DNA of 64,000 bases from Raillietiella orientalis (lineage: Eukaryota): the NCBI GenBank assembly GCA_036172245.1, contig JAYWIR010000030.1, positions 1,054,001 through 1,118,000 on the forward strand. Direction: 5' to 3'. Each line of letters opens with the position of its first letter. Within the stretch, counting starts at the first letter, position 1. The position numbers and the translations under genes were made by a program. Shown here in pieces: positions 39,733 to 53,918 of the stretch. The notes beneath the pieces are model-generated. The model was given only the letters and a program-made list of their open reading frames with translations, had not been told where the DNA came from and did no database searches.

Positions 39733-41200
39733 TCACTCTTCTTCAGAGGTATCGCTCTGAGTACGCTCTGCACCGTCTGCTTTCATGTTAGTTTTGATCT
39801 TGTATTCTTCTCCTTTCCCACCATACCGCTTCAGGGTCATCTTATGTGAACCGCTGAAATCCCTTAACGAATGCACCGTGATTATGACCGGCAGTTTCCT
39901 TGAACAGTGAATGCATCCGATGGGCCGAAAGCACGTGATGCTCGTTTTGTGTCCATCCTCGCCGATGCTGTGCTTATTAAATGGTGGCATTATCATTATG
40001 ATCAGATCCTTCATGGATCTTTCCATTGCTCGAGCAAGTATTTTCCTATGTGAGATACGTAATTCGCTCTGTTTTTCCCTTGAATTCAGTGTTCTGTTCT
40101 GACTGATGGTGGCAGTCCGAGCTAACGATTCCCACTTGTGGCGGCACTCGGGTGTTTTTTTTTGCCGGCCACTCTTCGAAAGGTGGTAGGAGAGAGAGAG
40201 AAAAAAAAAAAACTCTACCGATCCCGAGTTGGCAGCACGTTGAAGCGAGAGTTGGAGAAGAACGGTAAATGCACTTTTCCGCCCCCCGTTTCTGAAGTGC
40301 CCGAGCCCCTGCGCCAGCCAACGAGGAGGAATACCAGTGTTTCCGACGCTACAATCCAGAAGGACAAAGAGGCACTTTTTCTGCTTCAAGGGGAAAAAAA
40401 AAGGACATCGCCGCCGATGCGTTTCGGTCCGAGGGAAGCCTCGTCCTCCTCTCTTTCACACGTGGCATCCCGAACGAACTTTTTGGACTCTTGCACTCGT
40501 GCCCCGGAAAGCCCACAAGGGGCGAACAAAAAAAAAGCAGGAAGGGATTCCGTTTAAGATGGCGCCTATTGATGCCGCAATAAAGTTGACTTCCAGATTT
40601 CTTTATCCGATGCACTGGTCTCATTGATCTCATTTTGCAGCATCCAGGTTTGTTTGTTTGTTTTGTGTCGAAAACCGTGAAAGGAACGCAAGGAAACTCT
40701 TCCTCGACCCGGATAGGGGGAGTTTGGGCACCCATGTTTCCACGATGCCTTGCTGTTCCCCTGTTTTTCAGCCACGTTTATAGTCGATCTCAAAGTCACC
40801 CGTTTATTTAGGTCATTGGGGCACTCCTGACAATTCTGGAACTGCTCGACTGCACGTCGTCTCCACTGGGGTGCATAAGGAACAGCATCCTTATGCATGT
40901 TTCTTGACGACCATGCGAAATGTTTCGGTCAGCGGCAAATCACTTATGAGAAGGGGCGAAAAAAATTTCTTGGTCGGCATACCAGCTGGGAGATCTGGGG
41001 CATCGAAAAATGAGAGATGGATGCGCAAGATAAATCTTGGTGAGTCTGCGATGGCGAGATGGAAAATCTGACTGCAGCAGACCGAGTGCTTGCGCCGGGC
41101 ACCGAAACCGGAAGGACTGATGATGATGAATGAGGAAGATCACCACTTGAGCTTCAGACCTGTCGGAAAGCCCCGAGCGTGGAGGACGAGGAGCAGGAAT
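39733..41200 (-). mobile_element. Degenerate Penelope-like element (RT and endonuclease remnants)
   Basis: Ordered motifs: SDRSEAQVV, RLTKIY..P..SPSWY, DLNKRVTL, MGAQTPP / GCPNSP, NPFL..GF, KHSIGEDGHKTSITCF, TLKRYGG. Confidence 0.6.
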
Positions 41201-41802
41201 TCTCGATCGGAAACGCATTTTTCCCGCAAGACACGCACGGATTCAGTCAGCGTCGAGGAAACCAAGAAACAAGGGATGACCTGGGTCGGTTAGGGACGTG
41301 CGGACTCTCTTCCACCCGCTTGCTTCGAAGAGCGCAGCAGAAATCATTAAGCGAAGACTCGAAATCGTGGGTTCCAACGCGTGCGAGGCACGTAAAGCCA
41401 GGCGTCACCGCACCACTTCCGAGCGGGAAGTAAACCGACAAAGTTCATCGTGAAAACCAGAGGAGAAAGAAGTGGTCATGGAAGAAGTGGCAAGCGAGGC
41501 GTCATGAACGTGCGCGCGTTCGATCCCTCGAATCGTGCCAAAAATCCAGCGTGCCCTTCCCTGGAGGTGGGCTGAGCTGCGAACACTCTCGAAAAGAAGG
41601 GGAGAGAAAAAAAAAAATTTTTTTTTATTTATTTATTATTTTTTTTTTTTTTTCTCGTGGCAACACTGCAATATAGTAGCGGTAGGACAGTTCAACATTC
41701 CATTCAGTCTGCACTCAGGTCAGCAGAAAGTCCCAAAGATACCGCGGAGTCCCGCCCTCGAGCGCCAAGCGGGCACTTTGCGGAAGCCCTGCCGGCAACT
41801 GT

Positions 41803-41833
<31 letters not shown>

Positions 41834-42025
41834 GGAAGTCTGTGCATTCACCGGCGAGCGCGTAAGCTCAGGTTTTCACGCACTCGGCGGAGAAGCGGGA
41901 GGAAGGGGGGGGAGGGCAAGCTCGGCAGCGTGCGAGAGCAAGGATGCAGTTGCGTCCTGTCACACAGTCTCGGGTTTCCAGAGAGTCTGGCGTCCCGAAG
42001 TTTCTCGAAACGTGAACTTTCGAGA

Positions 42026-42063
<38 letters not shown>

Positions 42064-42203
42064 CACCCCCACCACTCACTTCACGTCCTGCAGATTTCGC
42101 CAGATTACTTTATTGAATTAATTCTCATTTGGAAAACACGTGGCGTGAGCCACTTCAAGGGTAGCACGGGCGGGCGGAAAAGCGAAGAAAAAACACACAC
42201 ACA

Positions 42204-42234
<31 letters not shown>

Positions 42235-43149
42235 GGAGCACACGAAACGGAGGAGGTCGAACTGAATTTCCCCATTTCAATTGGGCTTGAAGTGAACGCG
42301 TTCGAACGGTCCCTCTTCGTTACGGAAAAGTAGCGCCTGGCAACCGTGAGCTGCTTCGGGCCTTTGCATCGGCGGTGCGTCCCTACAGGTTTCCTCGCTC
42401 ATTTTCGCGCTTTTTTTTCCCCCCCTTTTCCTTCTTTTCCTTCTCCTCCTGCTTTCTGCACAGGTCCGCAACATGGCAGCGCGTGCATTCACTTTGGAAT
42501 GACAATTCCGAGCGGAGAGAGGCGTTCTGATTGGGGATTTTTCCCTGCTAATGTAATTAACTACCCTTTTAATTTCACCGTTACCCGGAGAGCAAACAGA
42601 CCTGGCCAACTCCCGAGAATCGGAATCAGCCGTTTGCTCAACGGTCGGAAAGCAAACCAAGTAGAAATTCAAAAGCATAATTTGCTTCAGGTTCAAGTTG
42701 CAATCGGAACACGGGCCAAAGGATGGGGGGGGGGGGACTCGTGCGCCCAGTCTCATCGGAGGTTTTCCATTACTTGACGGCAATATGGAGCTTGCCATCG
42801 AAAATCTCCGATGAGACTCCCCCCCCCCCCATGCTTTCACGGCCTTATCAGCTACTGCTGGATGCTCGTGAGCCCCCCCCCCCTCCCTTCCCCGGTCGCA
42901 CAGCATTCCGATTCAGTACTTGGTATCCCTGAGTGCGTTCTGTCATCAGGCATTTGCGTCCCCCCCCCCCCCCCCGGAAATTCGATCCAAAATCGAATTT
43001 GGAGCAACTTTTCCTCGAAAATCCCCATTCGCTTTGATTGCATTAGTATTTCCGGCGGAGTTTACAATCAGCAAGCGCTGTTCGTTTGCTTCGTCCGTAA
43101 TTCGAAAGAGTTCTAATTGATCCTCCTTTCGAGCGGGAGAGGCGCGCGT

Positions 43150-43560
43150 TCCGATTCGGGCGATCCGCCTGAACTTCTTGGCTTCTTATCGCGACTTTCA
43201 ATCGCTCGCCAACCTCGTAAAACCGGAAAGTTTATCTTCGGCTCTTCCGTTCCTGCTGCCGCAAACTTGGGGGAAACCGCTGAAGCGCAAGGCCGGGCCA
43301 AGCTCTCCCGAATTCTGCCAGACTCGAACCGGCGCGCGACCTATTTACCGGCGAGACCGCTCTTTCGCTTTCTTCTTCCTCCCCACCGACGACCCACGGT
43401 CGCCATCCCGGCAATGCTCGCGCTCGAGCAAAGGTCAGCGAAAGCTTCCTCGCCGCGGGATCCGTTTCGAATCGGTGGCGTGTGCAGTGTACATCTGGTG
43501 TTTGGTACTGAGGCTGCCTTTAACCGAACTGTGCCTCGTCGCCGACCCCCTCTTTAGAGT
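43150..43560 (+). mobile_element. PLE linker/endonuclease fragment
   Basis: KLSRILPDSNRRATYLPARPLFRFL resembles the PLE linker KIxRILxxxNIxxxFKPxxxL; it is followed by GGVCSVH. Confidence 0.45.
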
Positions 43561-44099
43561 GTGTTTTCTGGTGCACGCCTTGCGGCTTCCCTGTTGTTTT
43601 CTCTCCTGAGATGGTTTGAGAGTGCCCGAAAGTCGTCCCACTCCAATGATCAATGGGATGCTCAGTTTTTTTTTTTTCTTCTTCTTCTTCTTCTTCTTTT
43701 TGCCGCTTCAAGCATAGTGAGATGAACAGAGTTTTTTATTTTTATTTTTTTTTTCGTTCTCGAGATTGTTAACCGAACGGAACGCAACTTGTGGTCAGGT
43801 GTGGCAAATGCTTACTGTGGTCGTTCCACGTAAGTAAGGTGTGGAATTTCTTGCAGTGAAGAACCGCTCCTGTTTCAGCTGCACAGTGACTGTGGTTCCG
43901 TCGTAGCTCGCCGAACCTCCACCATTCCGAAAGAGCTAACCGTCGATGTTGCAATCGGAACATTCAGTAAGTCAGCATCAGAAGTTCGTGGATCCGTGCT
44001 GTGTGTCGATTTTGCGATGAACGTTCCCTGAACTCCCTCTTCTCTCCTCCGAGTCTCTCCTCGCGCGCGCCTTCGCGTTTTGCTTCCCCTCTTCTTGCC

Positions 44100-44950
44100 T
44101 TCCGTAATTTCGCCTCCACACGGCAGCGTCCACTCGACGAGCACGCCGTCTTTTCCTTCTCCCCCTTTTTTGTGGAAATTCACAGCCGGCTTTCGAGCAA
44201 CGTCCCACATTGTAAAGCACAGGAACTGCGCGACACCGACTCTCCGAAATTCCGAGAAGGATGCATCATCATCCATCCGTCTCGCCGGAACCCGGATGGA
44301 CCGTCCCTGCCACTGCATGCGGAAGCGGTCATCTCGGAACTCGTTCGCGAACCCCTTACGCCCGGATGCGGAAGAACCGGTCAGGTCGAGAGTCGGGTCG
44401 TACCGCCGGGGGCCGTACCAAGGAGGCAGAATGCGACGGCAGGGCGCATCCTCCCGGGACGCTTCCTCAGGCGCGGAGACCGACCGAGCAAGAAGCGCGC
44501 GCGCGCGCTCCTCGGAAAGGTCAACCGGAAACCTGCCTTTTCGAAACGACGTCGTCCCCGTTCAAAGAAGAGGACGGCGCCGTCGCCAAGTTTCCTTTCC
44601 AACTCGACCGTGATGGCCGCCTGCGTGCCGCTGCGGAGGCTGCCAGAGACACGCATACGTGCATCAGGCGCGGGCAAGGTGGGTGCTTCGACCCCTGTTG
44701 TCGAAGCTCCTGTGATGGCGGTCCGGGAGCAACGGCGGCTGAAAGCAACGGGAAAAGTAAAGCACGCCGTCCCGGTCGTGTTGGCACGCAGGCCGCAGCC
44801 ACAGCTTGCAACTTTGTCCGCGGTTGCGCGCGCCATCCTTCTTCCGTCGGCCACAGAGATGAGCCCTGCCTCCGAAATCCCCTCTGTGCACGCGCAACTT
44901 TCACTGATTTTCGGGCTTGTTCTCGATTCGCCTGATTTTCCCTCCTCCGG
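44100..44950 (+). mobile_element. PLE RT fragment
   Basis: PFFVEIH..NVP, QVESRV..VP, ETCLFETTSSPFKEEDG and TEMSPASEIPSV occur in RT order across frames. Confidence 0.45.
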
Positions 44951-47900
44951 AGACAGATTGGAAAATCCGTCTGCGGCTGTGCTAATTTTCGTGATCATCA
45001 TCATCATTCCTCCCCCCCCCCCCCCTTCCCATTCTGTCGTCGGTGCCCACCGACCCATTTCGTCGCAAGCGCAGCACGCAGGCTTTGTGAACACGGATCG
45101 TTTATTTGGGAAGGGAAACTGTCGAAAGAAATTCGATATCACGAAGAATGCAATGAATGCGTCATTATGTAAATGAGGAATCAAAGCAGCTGGGCGTGCA
45201 ACCGCGATCTCCTTGGTGATCGAGGAAATCTGACGAGAGATTCCGATTGCAATCCGTGCAGGTACATGGCACACAGTCGCCTCCGCTTGGATGCGAGTGT
45301 GTGTCTGTGTGTGTTTTCCTTTTCTTTCGAGTATCCCGGCTCTGGATGCCAGCGTGTTGCTGCACGGTGACGGCGGTGTTGCATGTGTTGTTTGCCGTCG
45401 ATACGTCGAGTCAGTCAGCCGGTTCGGAGGTGTTTGCCAGCCACGATGCATCGATTCCCTTATCCCTTGAATCCCTCCTTCCTTCCGTCCTGCGACTCCC
45501 CTTTCCACTTGCACCCTCACAGCAGTGCAGCAGCAGCAGATACAGACGGGAGGGGGGTGGGGTGGGGGGGGAGAGAGAAAAATTTCTTTTTTTCTTTTGT
45601 TGTTGCTTTTTCTCTTGCGTGAACGCCGGTGGATTTGCAAGCGGCTGCTGCGGTGCGCGCCGCGTTCGGGAACCACGGTGTTGGCTCGACGTGTGCGCGG
45701 CAGCACACGTCGAAGCCAACACCGTGGTTGAAAGACCGAAGTGAGGGCGCGCCGATCCCAGTAGTCACAGGGCACGGCGAGCATCACCTTCGAGTCCCCC
45801 CCCCCCAAGTTCTGCGTTCGAACAGATGGTGGTGATGAATGATGAGTGGACAGGGACGGTGGGGGTTTGATTGCTTTCCGCGGAGTCCTCATGCGGAATA
45901 GCCTAAATAGGGGAGAGCTGCGTGTGTGTGTGTGTGTGTGTTTTCGTTGACCTTGCGGACCTCGGTTCCGTTTCCCAAAATCAGACCGCGGAACCGTGAA
46001 AGCGGGCGGCCGTCCTCAGCTGTGGATTTGCTCGTGTGTGGATGAGTCGCACCACTTATCGGAGTTCTAGGGGAGGTCAAGGGGAACGCAGCAGTGGCAC
46101 CCCCCTACTTCTCGCCGGCTGGCGTGTTGTTTCCGGTTCGGGGAGGGGCATCACCGGCGTGTGAGCGTCGCAGGACATCAAGAACACGGATAAGCCCGTG
46201 CGAGCAGAGACGGGATCGCGCGCCGGGAGGAGGGAACTCGCGAAGGGTCTCCATCAGCGAAGAAAAAAGTCCCTTCCGGACCCTAGCCGGTGGGGCAGTC
46301 GGCAACTCTCAACGTAGGGATGCGTGCACCCTCACTTCGCGGACAGCGGTGCCGTCCATCCGCAGGGGGAGGGGGAAGGATCAGACTGCAGGGCGGACTG
46401 ACTCCCTTTTCCCGGCGATCGAAAAAAAAAAATCCCAAGGGATAGGAGGAGGAAGAAATAAAAATGAATGTGGGGCCGAGCGCGGGGGAAGGCTGGGGCA
46501 GCGTGATCCGGCGGCTCGATTGGCGGCGGCGGCGGCGGTCAGATGGGAAGAAAGCCGCCGACGGCATCCGTCCAGGCGTCATCCTGCCCTCGGGCACGAA
46601 CGCATCAGGAGGGGGGACGTTGCTTGGCGACCGATCCACGTCAAGGCAGCGCACCCCGCCCCGCCGTCCTGGCCGAGGCGGGGGAGGTCGAGCGGCGGCA
46701 GAACATTTCCCTCTCCCCCTCCCCCTGCACGGACGGCATCCACGTTAATCTCCCCGCGTGGGAGCAAGGGGTCGTCGCCTCGTCGTCGATCCCGTTCGTC
46801 CCCCCAGCTTTTCGATTCGGCTTCATCGCGACGCGCCTGCCTCCTGCCCCGCTCGTGCGACGCTTGGCGGAGCGCGAGGTCGGCGGCAGCACCCCCTCCG
46901 TCGCCCGCAGAAGATGCGAACAGCGCCTCGAACCTCCTTCCTCCGCACCTCTCTCCCGCGTCACCTCGCCAGCGACCCCCCGCGAAGCACTCCCCGGGGC
47001 AGAACCCCGCTGCAGCCGCGCTGCTCTTCTTGCAAGCACGCCGGAGGTTCCGCGGCGCCCGCGCCCTGCCTTCCGCGGACCGCACGCGGCCGCCATCCCC
47101 CCATGTGGTGCTCACGGAACGCAAGCAGGTGGAGGAGGAGGACCTGTCCGCACCGCTGCCGCAGGCACACGTGACGGAGGATCCCCGAAGCCCAGCTGCG
47201 GCGGGTCGCAGCGAACGCCTTGCCCGACGTCTTCGTCGTCGCCGTGGTCCCACAGGAGCGGCAGCACCACCACCACCATCACCATCACCACCAAGAAGAA
47301 CGAAAGGGATCGTCTCGCGCGCGCGCACCCGCTCGCCTCGTTCCCATGGTGACGCGAGGGAAGCCGCCGCCGCCGCCGCCTCTCCCTCGCGCCGCGGAGC
47401 GTCGCCGACAATCGACCGATGCGTGCGCGCCTGCGCGCTCGCGGTCACTCTTCCGCCACTGCGCACCGGGGGGAGGGGGGGAGGAAGGAAGGTGCGCGAG
47501 CGCGCTCGGCGATTTTGGCTTCCGCCGGAAGCCCTTCTCTCTCTCCCTGCTGCCTCCGTGCCCGGTCATCCACCGGTGCCGTCACCGAACACGAACTCCT
47601 CCGCCGGAACGGACGGACGGCGGGGGTCTCCCGGCAAGAACGAAGGGGAGCGGTTGGGGGGACCCAGAGGTCGGTCCCCGAGTTCCGCCGGGTGCGCGAG
47701 GCAATAGACCACCCAAAGACTTCTTAGGGAACCCTTTTGAGCTTGCTTTCTCTTCTTGGTCACATGGCCACGTACTCGACGGCGCCCCCTACCAGTGCGA
47801 TCGCTGCTGTCCCGTCGTTTCCAGGAACTTCGGCGCCAAAAAGAGGAAGCCTGCGAGCTGCCTTCCCTCGCGCTTTTCTGCTGTCCCCACTCCCCTGCGC

Positions 47901-49920
47901 CTTCTGCTCCGGGAACAAAAAGAGCAATCCATCCGGTATCGACATAGCGCGGCGGGACACCCTCTCCGCGCACGCCGACGGCGGTGGCGCTTCAAGCCGT
48001 GCGGCACGAAGCACCCGGCATCATCCCCCCCCTCGCGAATAGCAGCCCCACGGTCGCGAGGTGGGACGGTGCGGTCGGCCGTCTGCCAGGGTGCGATCCG
48101 AGCGTCCCTGCAGCCATTCCTTCCCTCCCTCCTTCCTCCTGCCCCCCTTCATCGTCCCCGGGGCCGCCAAACGGAGGCGGTGACGACGACGCGCTCCTGC
48201 TCTTCGCGAAGGGCAGCAGCAGAGGAGAATACCGCGGGCTGCACGCAACCGGAAATCGGCGGCCCGCGATCGGTACATTTCCCCGGTGGAAACTGCGCGC
48301 GCTCACACGGCGAGGCGGTAGGATTTTCTTGGGGGTGGTGGCCTCTTGCTGTTCCTCGGAGATCACACACTCACCCGCAACGCCCGCCCCGCGGCTTGTT
48401 GCCCGCCCCCCCCCCCTCCTCCTCCCCTTCCCCGGCGCCATCCGCGGATGCTGGGGAGAGGAGGCGCGGGAGCATCGCGTCATCATCGCATGCCCCAGGA
48501 CATCTCCAGCACTCGATAGCGCGCGTTCCGATTATAACGGCAGTCGAGAGGCTGCGTCTCCGGAGCGCGCGTGTCCTGCAGCTGCAATGAAAAGGAAATG
48601 GAAAGCATCAGCGCAAATTACTACTAGCATGCAAAGGGAGACGCGCTGATAATAGGTTTTATTCATGCTGACAAGGAAGGAATTGACGAAACGCTCGGAA
48701 AGGTGCCGTTGGTGTGTGTGGCCCCCGTGTTGTGCGTGCGCGCGCCCGTGGTTCTTCTGGGAGGAGGGAAGCTGCAGCCTCTGCCGAGCGCCATGATGCC
48801 AACTGCCTATTCGGGGGAAATCCCATTTCACTGCTGGCGGTGAAGAGTTGCCGATAGCGCTCTCTCTCTCTCTCTCTCTCTCCGGAGAGAATGGGAGGGG
48901 AGGGGAGGGGCGGGGGAGGAGGAGGTGGAAACACATACACAGTGTGCGTTTTATCGAGCAGCAACGGTGAGCCGAGCCGCATAAATTCTTCCTTTCGTGT
49001 GAGCCGCGAGAGGCCGAGGTGCGCTGCACAGCATAAAATTGGCAACCGAGCAGCGTGCGGCAGAGGGACGTGTGATGCGACTTTCCATGGCGTCTCCCTG
49101 CTGAATGCTCAGAGGAATGTGGCCAGACAATTAGATCGTAAATATAATTCGAGTTAACGAAACGACTCCTTTCGTTCTATTTACGTCTCGGGGCGAAATC
49201 TGCAGCGCCTGAGTGTACCTCAGGTAGACGGGGAAAAGTAGCGGGTGAAAATGTGTACGTGGCTGTTTTGTGTACCGCAGGACGGTCCTTCAGAGGCGAG
49301 GGATGTTTCGTCCGCACGCGCGCATTCCACCCCGAGTCCTCCCGGGTCTCCGCAACCGCCGTCCTTTTGGTACATCCCGGATCCCGGAGCTCTCTGCCGG
49401 CCTCTTTGTCGATTTCCTGTTACGATCGCGAAACGACTTTGCGTACGCTTTCGAAACTGCCCGCTCTGCTCTTCGTTTTTAGCTGCTCATTCACGAATGA
49501 CCAGATGTTGGGGAGGGAAATATTTGCTCTTCGCGGGGCGAGGGGGGGGGGGAGGGGAGCTTCATTTAGCGTGGGGGGTTCGGACTGCGAAGAGTAGGCT
49601 GTCAGAAGTGCAGGAGAAAGAGATTGGGTACCTTCTTCGTCTTCCTTGGGCCTTGTAAACACACCAAGGGTGGGAGAGGAGGGAAGGGGGGGGGGGGGGT
49701 TGGCGGTAGGGGAATGCGAAGGTGTGTGACTGAAGGCGGAGGAAGAATAACTTCCGTCCGAACGGAGCGAGCCGAAGAGGCGGTCTCACGTTACATGTGC
49801 GGAATTACATGCGTGCGGCTGCACTCCACGAAGAGTGCGATTCCACGATTGAGGAGTTGCGCAGGCGTTTCCGTACGCTGCAGCGTACGCGAGCACGACG
49901 CAGAAGACGGTGGTGGCCCT

Positions 49921-49959
<39 letters not shown>

Positions 49960-50218
49960 GTGGTCGTGGTGGTGGTCGCCGAGACGCGCGCGCGAGGGTG
50001 AAGTTTGGTTCCGAGACCGCATTTGATGGCCTTTGGATTTATCAACTTATGATCAATTGACTGTCAATTGCTTGACAAGCAAACGCAGGCTTTTGTGTGT
50101 GTGTTTTTTTGTTTCACCGAATGCATTAATGCAATGCGATAAGAATTTCAGGAATCTTATCTCCGACGGCGGAAACAATTTTGCTGATTTTTATCGCCTG
50201 AACTTGAAAAGCTGTCGA

Positions 50219-50249
<31 letters not shown>

Positions 50250-52733
50250 GAAAAGAAGAAAAAAAAAAAAATGCGTCATCGGCAAGTGACTGCAAAATTA
50301 TTTCACCTGGGCGGAAGGCGGAGAGGTTGCCTGCTCCGTTGTACGACCGCGGTGTACGAGTAATCAAATGTTTAATGATGGCGGTGTTGGAAAACACGAA
50401 CGAAGCGGCAGGCACGCAGAAACACTTAGGGGGGAATCTCTTTTCTTGGGCTCGTGCTTTTCGCCGCACGCCTCGTGGGAACTTTTTACGAGGAGGCACA
50501 CACGTTCCTTCCATTGTGAAGTGCAGTACGGAGGATCGGTATATTACGGTACGTAAGTTCATTACCGCGTTGCGGATATAATATTTCCTCGGAAGGGGAA
50601 AAAGCAAAAGATGTTGATGCGCGCAGGTGTTTCGGTGCAAAGCGGGTGTCTGGGATCGAAAGAAGGAAAAGAAAAAGGAAGGAAGGAAAAGCAGGATTTC
50701 CCTTTATGAATGGACAGCAGGACAAGCTAACAGGTAGGTCGGGTCCAGAGGAAGAAAAAGCGATTCGTTCGAGAAGAAGAAAAAAAAAATCAGCTTCCGT
50801 CGGATTGGCCGTTTTGGCTTCAATCGGCGTGAACGACGTGGGAGGAGGTTGGAAGGCGCGCGTTGTGGCTGCTGGCATCGGGTCTTTTCACATGCAGCAA
50901 GCAGCCTGTGGCAGATATTCAACGCCTTCCTCCCCGAGTGGTAGTCACTTTCCCAAGTAATTGCCGGGCAGGAGAGAGAGAGGGAGAGAGAGAGAGAACC
51001 ATATTTATGTTGACACCCGGTACTGATCCCGAATTTCGGAGCAGGTGCTGAAAGATCTCGACGGTGTGCACCTGCTTCGAAAAAACGAGAAAAAGTAAAT
51101 GCACACAGAGTTTGCCTCTTCGCTTTGTTAAATTGGATTACTTTTCACTTTTCCTTCTCTCTCTCCCCTCCCCCCCTTCCCCCTCCCTCCCCCTTTTTTC
51201 CCGCGCTGCGGAAGCGCCCTGAGATGGGGAGCGATTCCGCAGCATCTCGGCCGGACGAGGCCCCGCCCGGTTCCTTCACGACCGGCTTTTGAAGACCGCA
51301 ACGAGCGTGGTGCAAATCCGCGGCCCTTCGGATTCTTCCCTCAGGAAGACCGTCTCTTCCAGAGCCGCCGAGTCGGGCACTCCCGTTCCTCTTTCCCAGT
51401 CTTCTCCATGTGTGAGCATTTCAGTGGTAGCTTTGGATCCAGCTGTACATATGCATTTAGGGTGAAGCATTTCACTCCATGTTTTTTCAAGCTTTGCGTC
51501 CGGGCAAAAACTGTTCTTTTTGTTTATGCTTTATGAACCCAGGAAATGCAAAAAAAAAAAAAAAACAGCAGCCCAAATTTCAAGTGGAGTATTTTTTTTA
51601 TCTTTGAATGCTGGAAAGATGTTTGATTCGGGGATTTTATACTCTGGGATCACTGCCCTTCTTTATATCTCCAAACAGAAATAGGTCCCTGCAAAACTAG
51701 TAAAAATAGGCAATCAAATTGCAAATGAAGAGAATCCATAAACCCCCGAGATATAATGTAGTCGTCAAAAGGAAAAAAATAAAGTCGCTATAACAACCTG
51801 AACTTTATTTTCTCTAAAAAAAAAAAAAAAAAAAAAAAAAATGAAATAAATAAGGTGGAAAAAAAAAAAAAAAAAACATCCTTGCTGTGTAAGCCGGTGT
51901 AAGTTGAGACTGCCCTTTATATTTAGAAAATTGAGTGGCCGTACATTTCTAGCCTTCTTGCTAGGTGCGGTGCTACGATCGCATACATAAAAAGTGCATA
52001 TGTGATTTGTACATTAGCCATGAAGTAGTAAGGAACACAATTTGCAGATCGGAATTCAAAGTATGACCGTTTACCGAGTTCACTGAAAACAACGTCCAGG
52101 AATGATTTCTTCGTATTTTTTTCTGCGTCACGCTTATTTTAACCCGCTGGTTGCCTTTTTTCTTTTCTTTTTTTTTTCCGGCCTTTGTTTTTCAGTACAC
52201 TCGTCCAAAAATTCTCGACAAATCCATTTTCGAAGAAATACGTTTTCCCAACGAGAAATCACTCAAAAAGAAAAAAAAAGAAAGAGAAAAAAAAAAAAAA
52301 AAAAAAAAGAGAGAGAAAAACGGTATTGTAAAAATTTTCAGTCCAAATAATATTTGGCAGACTGCTCTTTTGCAGCGCCTCCAAGGAAGCCGTTGGATTC
52401 CAGGTCAGTAATTTACATTTCTCTTTTTTCTTCTGGTGTTTCTTTCTTTTCTTTTTTTTGTCGGCCGAGGAGAGACTGCTTAATATCTGACACATTATCC
52501 ATAGCACTAATGCATCTAAATTTCGATTTGGGAAGTCGTTGGGGGGGGGGGGGCTCCCTTCTCACGTTCACGGTATCTAGTAAATCGTTTTCGTCCTCCC
52601 AGGACCCCATCTCTCTCCCTAAGGGTTAACGTGGATCAAGATTTCTACGGCTGCTAATGATGTTTCCAACGTGCATCAGTAACCCGTCATTTCTGTATTT
52701 CATTTCTAACATTTTTTTTTTTTTAAACAAATA

Positions 52734-52777
<44 letters not shown>

Positions 52778-53079
52778 GTGGTTCCTCTTCTGTGCATTAC
52801 TGATAGGCCTGTGAAGTGACGAAATGGGGGTTGATACCTAATCATCGCTAAAATTATTATTTCCATCGTATGAAAACGATTCGGCTTATCTCGAGCTTTC
52901 GTTTCCACCACATTCTGTGTATTTACCGTGTGCCATATTTCCGGAATCGATTTTACTTTCCGATCGGAACGTCCGCCGACGACTTCCTCGCCGAGTTTTC
53001 ACGCATCCGACATTCCGAAGTGCCCGACGGAAGACGAAACGCGTAAGCGCTTTGCAGTGTTGCACCCGTGATTTCCGCA

Positions 53080-53110
<31 letters not shown>

Positions 53111-53199
53111 AAGAAAAGAAAAACCCATGTAATGATGTACTCTTGCGGATGATGCAAAATGCAGACTCGCGGAAACACACTATACCTTCCCGAAGTTAA

Positions 53200-53560
53200 T
53201 GCCTGCACACGATAATAAATACATTGGTCGATATTCTTCCTTGCTAGTGCCGTTTTGAGTGCACGAAATGCATATCTATGTGGATGCGAGGGAAAATTCG
53301 AGATTCCAATGCATATGCGAATACCTCTGCGAAGTCCTCAAGCAACTTTTTTTTCATGTAAAAGAATGAATTATGTTTCGAGTCACTGGTGTGATGTTTG
53401 TGGAGAGGACTACCTTGTGCAGGGTTTCCTTCTATCATGGGATTTTGCATATGCATGCTTACGTTGCCCAAGAAAGTCGGGAAAATCGCAAAATAGGACA
53501 AAAGAATGCAAGGTTTCTTGACGTAGGATTTTCGAATCCTATCATTTCGAATTGAAAAAA
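53200..53560 (+). mobile_element. PLE endonuclease fragment
   Basis: NYVSSHWCDVCGEDYL (NVVYxxxCxxCGxxYIG-like) followed by DFRILS. Confidence 0.45.
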
Positions 53561-53885
53561 AAAAAAAAAAAAAAAACAAGCATCCAGCGTTCAAAAGGTA
53601 GCAGTTTCATGTTCCTTGCTTTTCGGCACGGCTGACCGTATACGAAAAACTGAACTTAATGATTAGTTTGATGATTTATGGTTGAGCCATTGCCTAGAAA
53701 TTCGGTCGGACTACTGATCGAGATCATGAGATCAGTCTTCGAGTCCCCATCGCCCGAAGACTCCCTTCAGCGAAAATGTTCCCTAAATCAATAGCGGTAA
53801 CCTCAACCATGAATGGCAAAATTGTTGGTAAGGGGGGGGGGGAGGGGATTCTGATCAATATTTCGGGTGATTCAACACACACGCA

Positions 53886-53918
<33 letters not shown>

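Noticed and set aside
44001..45892. Long ORFs 44001-45176 (+) and 44381-45892 (-) as genes
   Set aside because: No coherent domain. PLE RT motifs jump between frames, and the open frames reflect GC-rich decay.
46094..48590. 537-aa and 456-aa ORFs as proteins
   Set aside because: R/P/A/G-rich, overlapping on both strands, no motifs; expected at this GC content.
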